A DNA stretch of 60,103 nt, filler included, from Dirinaria sp. TL-2023a (lineage: Eukaryota), in NCBI GenBank assembly GCA_051941275.1. It is 5 parts of 5 records of this genome, joined end to end, with 100 filler letters (N's around TTAATTAATTAA, not from the genome) between each part and the next. Parts side by side here need not be neighbours in the genome. Positions count along the whole stretch, not along the records: positions 12,061 to 24,014 come from JAVEBF010000801.1; positions 24,115 to 36,059 come from JAVEBF010000803.1; 3 more parts are not named here. The stretch is one strand, 5' to 3'. The notes beneath the pieces are model-generated. The model had not been told where the DNA came from, did not search any database, and was given only the letters and a program-made list of their open reading frames with translations. The translations under genes were made by a program, and so were the position numbers. This document shows, in pieces, positions 12,655-24,512 of this stretch (position 1 is the stretch's first letter; every line of letters starts with the position of its first letter).

Positions 12655-12796
12655 GTAGCAATTCGGAGTAGCAATTGCGCGTCGCAACTCAGGGTCGCAA
12701 TCTAGAGTAGCAAGCAAGGGGAGTATCTTAGAGTAGCACTTTAGAGTAGGATTCGAGAGTGGTATTCCCGAGTAGCATTTCAGAGTAGCAATTCGG
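12655..12796. repeat. Degenerate 13-bp minisatellite (about 11 units, GTAGCAWTTYRGA-like)
   Basis: Successive units gtagcaattcgga, gtagcaattgcgc, gtcgcaactcagg, gtcgcaatctaga ... gtagcactttaga, gtaggattcgaga, gtggtattcccga, gtagcatttcaga, gtagcaattcgg. Confidence 0.75.
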
Positions 12797-13632
12797 TTCC
12801 GGTATCCTCTCGGATAAGGGGTGGGCTTCCCCTGCTAAATACCTGGGCACACAGAAAGCTGCAGTTGGTGGCAGCTCTCGCTCCTGCAGCCTCACGTACG
12901 AGCGATAGCTTGATGTCACTCATCTCGATCTCAGCTCTCGTGCACACAGCTGTCCAGATCCTGTCTCTACTGTTTTTTGATCACAAGTGAACAGCCAACG
13001 CCTCCCACAACGCTATGGTGTAGAATCTTTCGATTTGATCCCCGTAGCACGAAACTAAGAGACGAGCGCAGCCATGTTGAAAATAAAACCTACAGGTACC
13101 CAGCTGAGAGCTCAAAATGGTTGTCTTATCATTGCATCGTCGTTTCTCGGACATAGATACCAATTGCCCGCGGACGTACTTGAATCAGAGATTGTGGCAC
13201 ACCATGAAGAAACTCGATTGTTAGATAAGTTTTAGCTATCGCCCGCACTCAAGATTCAGCTTGAAGAGCCAGCATTGCCGACCTTGTGGAAGATGGTAGG
13301 ATTGATGATTGTTTCGGATAGACTCCCTGCTGTGACAATAGCAATAGGGCGCAGATTGGGAGGAGGTGGTTTACATTCATGGCGATTGACTGTGTATGTG
13401 AAGAGTTAAATCACTTGCCATTTTTGAACGTAAAAGAGTACCACGGGGAAGAACTTATCGCGTACCTCTAGTTTGCTCGCACATATGCCCTAGACTGTGG
13501 CCGGGTGGAAATGCTAAGAGGACTATGCCATTGATCAGCAACTAAGAAATTCCTTCAATGACGCAGAACCTATGGAGAGGGGCAATTCCGGCCGTTGCAA
13601 CATTGGAGATGGACATACGGTGAGTAGCGTCT

Positions 13633-13662
13633 TTGACCTTGAACACCTTGACCTTGAACACC
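13633..13662. repeat. Exact 15-bp tandem duplication TTGACCTTGAACACC x2
   Basis: Read directly from the sequence. Confidence 0.85.
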
Positions 13663-16600
13663 GAAGTGGGGTTCTCTTAGAAGGTGCTCGAGAACAGCCC
13701 TATTAGACATACGGGAAAACATGCCACATGGCTTGACGCTGGTAAGGGCTTTCTTAAGTCGCTTTCAAGCGATGTCCAATGAAACGTGGCTCATGTACTC
13801 CAATGAATACAACAATGTCTGCCAAAAGATGGAAGGGCTGCCCAATAATGTTTGGAATTCGAGGCCATCGTACTATCAGGACCGTACCTATAAGTTCCCT
13901 GAAAATTCATGTTTTTCCAATCAATCTGCGAATCTATAAGGTCCTACACAATTGATGCACGAGACACATCGCACCTTTATCAGGTTCACTGTAACCAAGG
14001 ATCTCCTTGTATCATTTCTACTTGATGCTCGTAAAGTTGGAGCGTCGATTACTTTAATCTGGCAAAGCCCAGTAACGTTGACAGATTAAGTCATGACGAA
14101 CAGCGTATCAGAGCCTTACTCGCGGCGGCATCCAGAGCGGCGGATGTTATTAAGGTAAGGCATGTGCAGGAAGATGCACAAGCACTTGAATGGGATCGGC
14201 GTAGGAAGGGAGGAAAGGTAAAGGATCCTATCAGGACTGAAGAACAAAGCCAGTAGATGGTCAGTGTGAGAAGAATGAGTAGCAATTGCTTTGACTCCCA
14301 AAATACCGTCCCCATAGACTCATTATGTAAGTTACTCTAAAGGGTTTACCATCATTCAGAAATCCGAGTCTATGCATGAGAACTGACTAGGTGAGTAGCA
14401 ATGCCAAAGCATGTACACGCTTTGATGGGTATGTGTAAGACAGCAAATATCTTGCACATTGCACCAAAAGAGGACGCCTCTTTTGGTGAATGATTATTGC
14501 TGTATTTGTTGGTTTTTTCTGTCCGACAGTATGCATTCTGTGTATTTGAACTGTTTGGCATCTGCGGCCAAGTCTCTTCGTAGCAAGCCCTCTCAGTCGT
14601 GCGCTTTGTCGCATCCTTTAGATAAGGTAAGTTAGCGGTTTGGTTAGACAGTGGTTTTTGAGCCAGCAACGGCATGCGGCTAAATCGTGTCTCGCCGTCC
14701 AATCTCTGCCATCTCGCTATCGATTGGTCGAAACTATTACTCAGCTTTGGCCAAGAAAGCGGTCGTCGATAAGCTCGTGTCAAAACAGACTTTTGACACG
14801 GGAAACAGGTACAAAATCAATTCGGATCGCAAGAGTCTTCTGAGATTCTCATCATGCGCTTTCGCCGTCGGGCTGAATTTTCGCCTGGGATTGCTGTTCC
14901 AATGATGCTAAGTAGTGGCACTTAAGCTAGTCGCTTTACTTCGATACAAGCTTGCACCTGACCGACATCAGCCGACACATCTATTTCACTCCAGATTCTA
15001 ACCTTTGTCCCATGACTTCGTCAACGGATGATGTTCTACTGACTATGAAAGTGCGTGGAGAAGCCCGCCTATGTCTACATAATAACGACAGAGCTAACGA
15101 AGACTGCGTACCGATCTGGTCTGGGAAGTGGATGTATGGTGACTAAAGAAAAGAGGTTGTTAAGGTAATAAAGCAACTGACAGGATATGATAATATGTGC
15201 AGAAAACCATGTATTGGGGTCCAGAATCTAGAATGAGCCCGGCCAGGAAGTGTCTTGCAGCTTGCTTCAAGGACACGATATGTGAAGTCCTTTTCCTCTG
15301 CCTATACCATGATTTCCCATCGTCGTTGGCTCAGTAATTCTAAGAATCACTCATTTAACCTTTTATACGCAAATTGTTGCCACCGTACTTGTACCAGCCG
15401 ATAGGCTCACAGTACAATCTTGACGAGTCTGGAGAGAGCCCATTTTCAACATCTAATTAATGTTGCTTGAGCGCTCCGATATACGCCTCCTCTACACCCT
15501 CGATATCTTCGAATGCCTCGCTATTGTATGGAGTACATGCAACCTTCTACCTCTTTCTGTCTCAGCCATCATACGCCCCAGAATGGCCTCAAGACCTGAA
15601 GCACTCCATCTCTTAGATCTGCCCTAGCCTCGAATGTGGCGACAAGACAGCTTAAACTTCGAAGCATAATGACGAGCCCGTTTTGATTGGTAGCTATACA
15701 GAGAGAAGGATCCTGTCTGCATTCGAGCGAGGTCTGAAAGGGTATGTAACATCCGCCCCTCCTGGGTTCAGGAGTAATTGCTCGACTGGAAACGTATCGA
15801 AAGCCCTCGTCTGAAGATCCTGACCGCGCATCCTTGATTGTACAAATAACCCACCCGAGAACCACGTCATGTACCTCTGGAATCTTTTCCTAGCTCTTAA
15901 AATTGCAGACGATGACACGCTAGGTGAATGAGTCCGAGCACGATCTGTAGTAGACAGCAGGAGGTAGAAGTATCCCTGGAAATTCATAATTTGTGCTAAA
16001 TATCAGCTACCCTCAAGGAGACGATTTAGTATAGACGATCTGAGAGAGAAAGGTAGCGATGCATTCACGGATAGAGGCGAGTGGTCGTCCATGCGCTTTG
16101 ATTTGAACTCCTGTCCAGCTCAGATGACGTGAGGATCCTTCGTAAAGCTTCTATGGATCATGGCGCGAAGATATCGGTCATACTGTTGACGATAGATGAC
16201 GAACGCGTAATGAGAAAGAGCATGGCACGAGCAAGAATAAGAACAATGTCGATGTGTTTGTGAATCTTTTGAGATAGCTTTCCAGCATTACTATCACTGG
16301 CAGGCAACTCATCCGTGCCATTGACCTTTGCATAACGATGTTTCAGTGCTCGCTGAACCAGAAGATCTCACATCGTTGAGTCCCTGATCACTTTCGCACC
16401 GCGCACAAGGATGTGACAGCCAAGGATTGGAAAGGGAGCCTTGGATTTCTAACTGATCTCAAAGAAATTTGTACAGTCTCGAACTGTTCGAGGTATATGC
16501 AAAGACTTCGAGATACGACGCGCCAGGGCTTTCTAGTAAGACCCGCGAGAGACATCAACTTTTATGCCGATGGTCCATCTCGATCTACTAAAATTTCACT

Positions 16601-16822
16601 ATTGATCACAGCTTAGGCGTGAGGAGTGATGTATCCTCCAAATCAGGAAAACAACGCGACAGTAATAGCTGGTGCAAATCAAGAACAATTATCTTGCATC
16701 AAGGCGAGGTCACAGCAAGTAATGGACTTAATAGGAGGGAAGAATGTTTTGTTTCCCTCATCTATCTACCCCTATTGATAACCTTGCAAGATGTTCGATC
16801 AACTTCCAACTATCCCACATAA

Positions 16823-17234
16823 CCAGCAACTAATCCTAGAGACCAAGACCCACGCCTGACACCCCAACAAAGAACACATGCTCGCAGTTCATCCAGAGCA
16901 TATGTCATGGACCTCCTAACGAACCCAACTTCCTGTTCGCCCGACTATGCAACCCAACGCCTAAGCGCCGGCTTCGCAGGGTGTGCCTTTCTCCGAATCT
17001 GGCTCTCTCACCTTGCCCAACCACAGAAACCTTGTCCAAACCCAGCAACCAATCCAAGAGACCAAGACTCACGCCTGACACCCCAACAAAGAACACATGC
17101 TCGCAGTTCATCCAGAGCATACGTCATGGACCTCCTAACGAACCCAACTTCCTGTTCGCCCGACTATGCAACCCAACGCCGAAGCGCCGGCTTCGCAGGG
17201 TGTGTCTTTCTCCGAGTCTGGCTCACACCTTGCC
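16823..17234. repeat. Tandem direct duplication, period 219 bp (about 195 bp aligned)
   Basis: 16823-17017 and 17042-17234 are near-identical (ccagcaac...catggacctcctaacgaacccaac...ccttgcc), with a few substitutions and one 2-nt indel. Confidence 0.93.
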
Positions 17235-17443
17235 TGAACTTCCAACATCGTCGAGGTGCGGCATTGACCCAAACGTACCATGGCTTGGAATTGTTTAGCA
17301 AACATAATAAGTAACCGGGAGACTTACCTTTGGTTTGGGTGCCAACCTACGAGGGAGCACGAAGCTATGACTTTGTCATGCGACTAAGTCAGCACCTTAG
17401 CCGCATAAGGACATGAACAAGTGAGATACATTACCTTTGACTT

Positions 17444-17560
17444 GACCTAAGATGAGGTGGACTTGGGATGAAGTTGACTTGAGGTCAGGTTGACTTGGGA
17501 TGAGGTTGAATTGAGGTCAGGTTGACTTAGGATAAGGTTGACTTGGGATGAGGTTGACTC
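17444..17560. repeat. 16-bp tandem array, 7 units (GACTTGGGATGAGGTT / GACTTGAGGTCAGGTT variants)
   Basis: Units start at 17444, 17460, 17476, 17492, 17508, 17524 and 17540. Confidence 0.88.
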
Positions 17561-17790
17561 AGGAAGGTGATCCATGATGGAAGGTAACCCATGGTAGAGG
17601 AAGACAAGCCAAGGTACGTTACATGAAAGGTAAAGGGGGAAGGCAACCCAAGGTCAGGTAATGGAGGAAGGTAACCCAAGACAAGGTGGAGGAAGGTAAC
17701 CCATGGTAAGGTAAAGGGTGAAGGCAACCCCCAAGGTAAGGAAGGTAACCCAAGGTAAGGTCAAGGGCGAAGGTAACCCAAGCCAAGTCA
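17561..17790. repeat. Purine-rich irregular array with about 9 GAAGGTAACCCA-like cores
   Basis: Repeated ggaaggtaacccatgg / ggaaggcaacccaagg / gaaggtaacccaag cores separated by short AAGGT-rich linkers. Confidence 0.82.
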
Positions 17791-18726
17791 AGGAGAGCTG
17801 GCTAAGCACCAGATGACTTAGAGGAGGCAGGATGATGTGAGTGTACGAAGAAAAAAGAAAAAAATCTCGCCCAGGTCAGGGGGTGAAGGGCATTATGTAG
17901 CAACTGACATGCTCCGGGTAGGCAGGCGTGAAAATGGGATCGGGTTCCACAAAATTCCCTCAACACCTGGGGAAAAAAAAGGAGCGCGTTGTTGGGGCGG
18001 CGCGTCATTTTAGCATATTCATCAGTTATGGGACCCGGTGGGCTAAACGAATGTCTCGGCCTTTCTGATCCGAGGGTTGTTGTCTATCTTATGCCAAGCG
18101 AAGCAAGCAATTGGATCTACTGGTCCTTGAGCTGTTGGTGGAATTCTGAGGCGTGCAGGCTCTATGTTTTGTTGCTTGTTATAGGGTTGTTTTGACTGTG
18201 GTGGGACTTAGTAGGGGCTTTGTGATGGGTTTATCTCATGCTGCTCCGTGTTTCCTTTGAAGGCTTGCATGAGAGCTATATGTATGGCTCTTGACGCTTC
18301 GAGGACTGGGTATTTTTGGGGACTGATTATTCTGATCTAGGGACTTCGTCTTGGTAGCTTCAAGTGGAGCACAAGATGTGGATACTTCGTATTGTGTCAT
18401 ATTTCCAAGGACAATGCATTGCACAATGACAGCTCTCAAAGACCAGCATGATTCTCAAGAAGCCTAATTGAGCTTCTCTACTAGTCCGAGCTGAAGTGAA
18501 GATGTGGACAGTAGTTCACAGGTAGGATAAGACTGCCTTACATTGAGTGCGCGAGAGAAAAGGGGGTTTTGGATTGTGAATGCATCATGCAATACGGTCG
18601 ATGCTCCCTTGTCCAAGATGCTAGCCCAGAAATTTTGTATTTGTAAATGACCTCCAGCATTTCATCTTCCTTTCCCGTTTCTGATCCATGATCCATGATC
18701 CGGGGCGCCCACGGGGCTGAAGCCCG

Positions 18727-20782
18727 TTAAGTACTTTGCAGGCCAACTCCCGCTTCCTTTCTTCCTTCCACAAAAATCACCGGGGCCGTGTAAAATCTTC
18801 GCCCATGCAATATGTAAGCTGCAAGTGCAATGAGGATCACCCCTGCCCATACAAGCGGGGCCCAGTTGGCCGTGCTCGTCGAGACTGGCACCGTGTTGGG
18901 AAAGCAGGAAAACACTATCACGAAGCCCGAATAAGCAAAGGCGAATGCGTTGATAGGAAGTCCCCATCGTCCGAGGCTCCATCGTGCGGGTGGTAGATCT
19001 TGCTTTCGGATACGCTTCAGAAGGACGAATCCAATGGAGACCATATAGGTTGATAGAATTGCGAGTATGTTCAGAGAAACGACGATGTTAAAGGCGGTAG
19101 TCGATCCTAGGTTGATAAGGCATATGATAGCCGAGATGATTGAAGTAAGATAGACGGAATTATCAGGGACGTTGCGCTTGTGGTTCATCTAAGTTATCGC
19201 GTCAGCAGAAGGCAAATCCTATAGATGAAAATCGTGACAAAGGGGTCCTACACGTGATATCCATCTCGAGCAGGGAAATCCATGATCTCGAGAAAAAGCC
19301 CACATTTCTCGAGAGGTGGTCGCTAGTGCAGTGATGTTCCCAGAGAAGATCAGCACAAACAGAATTACAGAAAGAGCAAGTGCGACCCCGAAAGACCCTG
19401 TGTTCAGCATAAGCACAAGGTACGGTGTCGCGGAATCAAGGACAGTGTCGAGGTCTCCAATGCAGAACAACATGGTGATGAGCATTACAATGCCCATGAA
19501 GAGGTTGCCTAGGTAGCTCCACCACATACAACGAGGGACTACGAACGATGCGTCCTCCACTTCTTCCGCTGCGTGAAGTTGAGTGCATTAACTCGAGGTA
19601 AGGCGTTAGGGGATCGCTTACAGATATGGACGGCAGTGTCAGAGCCTGTCGAAGGCATTACTTCAAAGGACCCTTTGCGAGATGTCGATACATACCTAAG
19701 TTACAGTAGAGGACTGTGACTTGCGCAACGAGACAAGATGTCCCCGTATTACTCCAGCCACCGCTATTGACAACCTCGGCGAAGACAGCATGAGCTGAAT
19801 TCTTCGGTGCGAGGACCCATAACGGGACTATAAATATTACGAATCCTCCAATGTGTCCAAACAACGATATAGTCTCTACCATTGGCAGTATCGGTGCACC
19901 CCAAGTATTCAAAAATATGGTTAAGACCAGACACGCAAGCATTATCAGGGTATACTGCCAATTGGGGAAAGCGAAACTCGAATTTTGAAGGTTGATCATG
20001 TTTTCGATGAGGGTTGCAACCACAAAAAGACTGCTTGCAACACTGGCCAGCCATGCAAGTGTCGACATCCAGCCTGCAGGCGATCAGCCAGATATCAACA
20101 ATGTGTATCCGCAGAGTAGATCGGACCGGCTGCATAGCTAGCGAACTTTTGGTATTCAGGAGGAGAAAATTCGCTAACCCAATGATATTGACCACCACTT
20201 GTGGGAGCCCTGTCGTACATCTTTAGCCTTGCCTCATTCAGAGTCGCCGAATTCGCTTGCGTGCAGCATAAGGCGGAGATTAAATTGTCAAAGCAGTACT
20301 TACATAGATTCCATCTCGGCTAAGGAAGCGACGATGGAGGCATAGCAAGTGGTGGTACCGATAAAGACCCAGAAGAGACCTCCAAAGCCACCATTGACAA
20401 GACCCACGCTCAGGGAGCTCCTCGATCTTAGCCATCGCACCGTGCAGCAGACGGATGTTCAGAATGTTACTAACACTAGTACAAACTCCCAAGTGGCCAT
20501 GAAGATGGAGATAAAGCCTAGCGTTGAAAGGAAGCCGAAATTCCGCTGCTCGGACGTTGATTAAGGGATATTATGATATAGGAGCGCTGGAGGACGAAAT
20601 ACCTTGAACTCTTGCTTTTTGCCCAACCGTTTCATGTCCGATACATCATTTGTCGTATCTCTAGATCCCAACTCGGATGTTGCAAAAAGCTGTAGGAATG
20701 GCGCCGCTTTGGAATCTGACTGTTGCATGGTGTCGCCATGCCCAAGCTTTCTATCAAATTCGGAAGTGCCCTTAGGAGCCAT
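18727..20782 (-). CDS. APC-superfamily amino acid permease (GABA/choline permease-like), multi-exon
   Basis: MKRLGKKQEFK|RNFGFLSTLGF, EMESM|APTSGGQYHWVSEFSP, GSDTAVHI|AEEVEDAS, TTSREMWAFSRDHGFP, PPARWSLGRWG. Several GT-AG introns and a 24-nt exon. Confidence 0.9.
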
Positions 20783-22175
20783 TTGAACGTGTTCTCAGGA
20801 AGGATGGCGAAAACAGAATGGAGAGGGTCGACATTGCAAAGGTCTAGTGCTAAATTATGTTGGAAATTGTTGCCACTGGCAGCATCGTCCAGATGCACCC
20901 CTAGCGTGGGGCTTGCATCTCGCATTCATCGGGGTAAAGGTGATTGGACATTTGTCTACCATCTTGCATGAAACTGCCGGGAAGTAACGATGTACTACGT
21001 ACACAGAACAGCCTGAAAGATAAGGGCCAGGGGGCGCATAATGGCTTGTCAGCGGCTCTACCTAGAACACTGTTCTTGCTGATTTCTTGAAGTTAGAGAA
21101 TGCAAAGCTGAAGATGCATCTGGCATTAGGTATCAGAGAGACAGCCACGGAGCATCTCATGATCTACAAAGATAGGACCTATTCGCTACCATCACGAACA
21201 ATGAGGTTCACACACAAATCCAAGCAATCAAGTCCTTGTCAAACAGCTGCTGACTTGCGAGGGCCATTAGAGGTAGCCAAAGGGTCTAGACCAGCCATCG
21301 TTTCGGAACAGATCTCGGCCCGATCAACTCCCCTTAAGCCAGCCGAGCCAGCCTGACCTGAGAAGCCGGACTCACTGCTACTAAGGTAGTCTGACTAACT
21401 GGAAGTCAACCCGGGAACTACCTGAATTATCACCCGTACATACCTGCCAAAATCATTACCCAGGTTGCACCTTTTTTTCCCGAAAGGTACACATTTTCCT
21501 CTAGACACCGTAGTCCTGCACATGGTGCGAGCCGCAACTTATGATATCGAGCTCTCTACCGATTACAAGCTCCACAAATGATATTTCCACTAAAGAGGGC
21601 CCCGAATTGTCAGCGTAGACTATTGGCGTAGAAGGTACTGTACAGTACTAGGTAGGGAGCGCAGCTTACTGCCGTCAGTAACATGCCCGCTTTGGCTTTT
21701 TCCAAGAACTAGGAGGACTCGCATTGACCATACTGTATGCTGCTTGCTCTCGCGAGTCTGTGAGAGCTTGCTGCAGCAAAATGAGACCGTTCGTCAAACC
21801 AGAGCAACTTTTCTCCGTGACAATCATTTGCGACGCGGGAAATTCTCTTATAGGCATGTCTCAGAACGGGCATATCAATGATGGCGCACGGAGAATCGTC
21901 CGACTCAACCAAGACATGATCAAACTCGTCATTTGCGCCTCTTATTTAAGCGCCGTGCGCTGGTGCAGTGGTGACCGTGCTTGGGCCAGTATGCGCTTCA
22001 AAGCCACGCCACAACCAGTCGCACGATTTGCGTCGGCTACACGCGAGTCGCATGATAAGGCCAGCGATAATTGTGCTTTGTTTTTAATAACGGGACAATC
22101 GAGAAACTTGGAAAATGCTCATCAAAGCTCAAACTCCGAGTTATTGGGATCAGGCGACAGGGAGATTACAGCGTG

Positions 22176-23231
22176 ATGTTTGGTCTACGAAATATAGGCC
22201 TTCTGCTGCTCCTTCTGGGCCTCGTTCAAGCGGCTGTCCCATCCAGACCTTCGGGCTTGGAGCAGCGATCTGTGAACAGGACATCACAAACGAGCCAGAG
22301 TGCGAAAAGCCTGTAAGTCTCCCTCCCGCAAGCCGAGGCTCTTTCGCTCACGTTGTATAGGGAGCATGTTGTGGTGAATGTTTCCAGTATTCATCACGTG
22401 CCAGACACGTCTATGACACTGCACTTCTCAGATGGCGGCGAAGACCTCCCTGTACAAGTAGTACAGTCGTGCCTTCTAAAAGCAATGACCTGGGTCGCGC
22501 AACAAGCCAGCGTCGAGTCCGATGCCCCAATGAATTACAAGACCTTCCGCCAGAAGCCGATTCTCCTGAAAATTTTCCCTAGAAAAGCGATGTCGAGGTC
22601 GACCTGCGCCAAAATCCTCGCGGCTTGGAGTGAGTTCATCACGAACGAACGGCGGGCTTTTGTCACCCAGATGACCATTACGGATGGCGATTCGGGGTTT
22701 CTAGGATATATGGAGATCCTCAATGAAGCGTCTGGGTCAGATGTGTCGGCTGCATTCAACGCATCATCCGTTCAGCTCGTGAAGCCTGGTGACGATGCTG
22801 CTAACTTGATATCGGACGGCTCGAACACTAATAATAGCCTGACCGCGAACCGCCCCCCTAACGAGTACAAGGTTCGTTTGCCGGAAACGACCTATGTAAG
22901 ATTACAAATGAACAATTACGGTCAAGATCTTCCGGCATCGGACTTTTTGGCCGTGCTCTTGGACATCCAAATGACCGTCATCCAACACATCATAATCTCC
23001 GGTGGCAGTTCGTACGTGGGTGAAGTCCAACGATGGAACGCCGGAGGCGTGAAATTCCAGATTGTTCCGTTGAGAATGACGTGGCTGACTCTTGCCCAGC
23101 TGGTGGAAGCAATTCATAGTAAAGTGGTAGAACCCTTTGGCACGTTCGAATTTGAGTTTGATGTCACATATAATGGGCCTCGGGGATCCAACAAACTCGG
23201 CGTCGGTTTCTGTAGACAGCAACAGCATTGA
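22176..23231 (+). CDS. Secreted protein of unknown function with two internally similar domains
   Basis: Signal-peptide-like MFGLRNIGLLLLLLGLVQAA; intron 22313-22360 (GTAAGT...TAG) splices in frame to the 292-aa ORF. Confidence 0.8.
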
Positions 23232-23476
23232 GATGTAGATGGAGTATATACCCTTTATGTTGATGTAAATAACGACAATATAGATTTCGTTTTAGTCTTA
23301 TTTCATGGTCTTGGAAGGCGAAGGTAGTTGTTAATAAGCCTCCAGGAAAAGATTCCCCGAGTGGCTGCTGAACCCTCCAAACAGACACCCGTGTTGCCTG
23401 CCCCCATTACCTCTTGACCAAAAAATCCACATCGTCAACGCCTGGTACAGGATATCCATACCTCATCCTCGATCCC

Positions 23477-23510
23477 TCACTCACTCACTCACTCACTCAC
23501 TCACTCACTC
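23477..23510. repeat. (TCAC)n microsatellite, about 8 copies
   Basis: Read directly; lies immediately after the stop codon of the KP4-like gene. Confidence 0.9.
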
Positions 23511-23512
23511 AA

Positions 23513-24013
23513 TCAGGCCACAGCATGAGTCCCATTCCCCTCCCCAGTTCTAACCTCCACCTGGGGACAGAGGCCACTACAAACCGTTCCCTGGACATAG
23601 TTCACCGTCAACACGCCTGCCTTCTCGGGGCTATTATCTCCGGACAGCGGCACACTACCACACAGCGTGCAGCCATGCTGCTTCAATTCCCTCAAGCGTT
23701 CCTTGATCACCGACCCCCTCGTGCCCCCTCCCTTGACATTCCCCTGCGTGAAGGCACAGATCCCGCCCAGAAAGCTTTCGCCCTGCGGGATACACATGAT
23801 GTGTTGCCCCGGGGCGTAGAACGCCGTGTCGTTCAGGGGCCCGCAGTTGAACGGTGAAGCGCAGATTAGAGTCCGTCCTGAGCAGAGCGTCAAGAAGATC
23901 TGCAGGATGTCTGGGTCGTGGGACGGCGGTGGGTAGGTGCAGAGGGTGCTGCCGCGGCAGTTTATCCCGAGGGAGTGGGCGAGTGGGGGAAGGAGGAGGA
24001 GGAGGGGAAGGAG
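23513..24013 (-). CDS. KP4 killer-toxin-like secreted protein, 5'-truncated at the contig end
   Basis: Extending the ORF to the contig end gives the signal-peptide tail LLPLLLLLPPLAHS, then LGINCRGS, GGICAF, HGCTLCGSVP and GVLTVNYV, which are KP4-family hallmarks. Confidence 0.88.
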   Translation of the reverse strand, partial: LLPLLLLLPPLAHSLGINCRGSTLCTYPPPSHDPDILQIFLTLCSGRTLICASPFNCGPLNDTAFYAPGQHIMCIPQGESFLGGICAFTQGNVKGGGTRGSVIKERLRELKQHGCTLCGSVPLSGDNSPEKAGVLTVNYVQGTVCSGLCPQVEVRTGEGNGTHAVA

Positions 24014-24014
24014 G

Positions 24015-24114
24015 NNNNNNNNNNNNNNNNNNNNNNNNNNNNNNNNNNNNNNNNNNNNTTAATTAATTAANNNNNNNNNNNNNNNNNNNNNNNNNNNNNN
24101 NNNNNNNNNNNNNN
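24015..24114. other. Artificial contig linker
   Basis: N44-TTAATTAATTAA-N44. Confidence 0.97.
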
Positions 24115-24512
24115 GGGAAGGTGAGGTAGTCTTCTTCTTCTTCGGCTTCGGCTTCTTTTTGTTGTTGTTGTTTTTGGTTTGTGGATGGCATTTTGGGTTG
24201 GATTGGGGGATTTTTTGGGTTAAGAGGGGGAAGGAAGATGCAATGCGAGGTCGGATTTGGGCATGTGAATTGAATTTGGGGTTGTTGTGTTTAGGGCTAA
24301 GGGAGGGTTTTGCATTTGATGTTTGTGGAGAGGATTGAGGATTGAGGATTTAAAGTAAGTAATCTTACCTTAATGAGTATGATAGTGTGGAGGGTGGTGT
24401 GGTGGCGCTACTGTGGGTTCCCTTTTCCTATATGTATGTATGTTGCAGAATGAGAGGCTTGATTTTTTTTTTTTTTCCCCTCTTTCGTATGGAAAAAAGG
24501 GAATATTATTTT

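Noticed and set aside
17444..17790. CRISPR-like repeat/spacer appearance
   Set aside because: Repeats are short and degenerate, spacers are built from the same motifs, there are no cas genes, and the context is eukaryotic.
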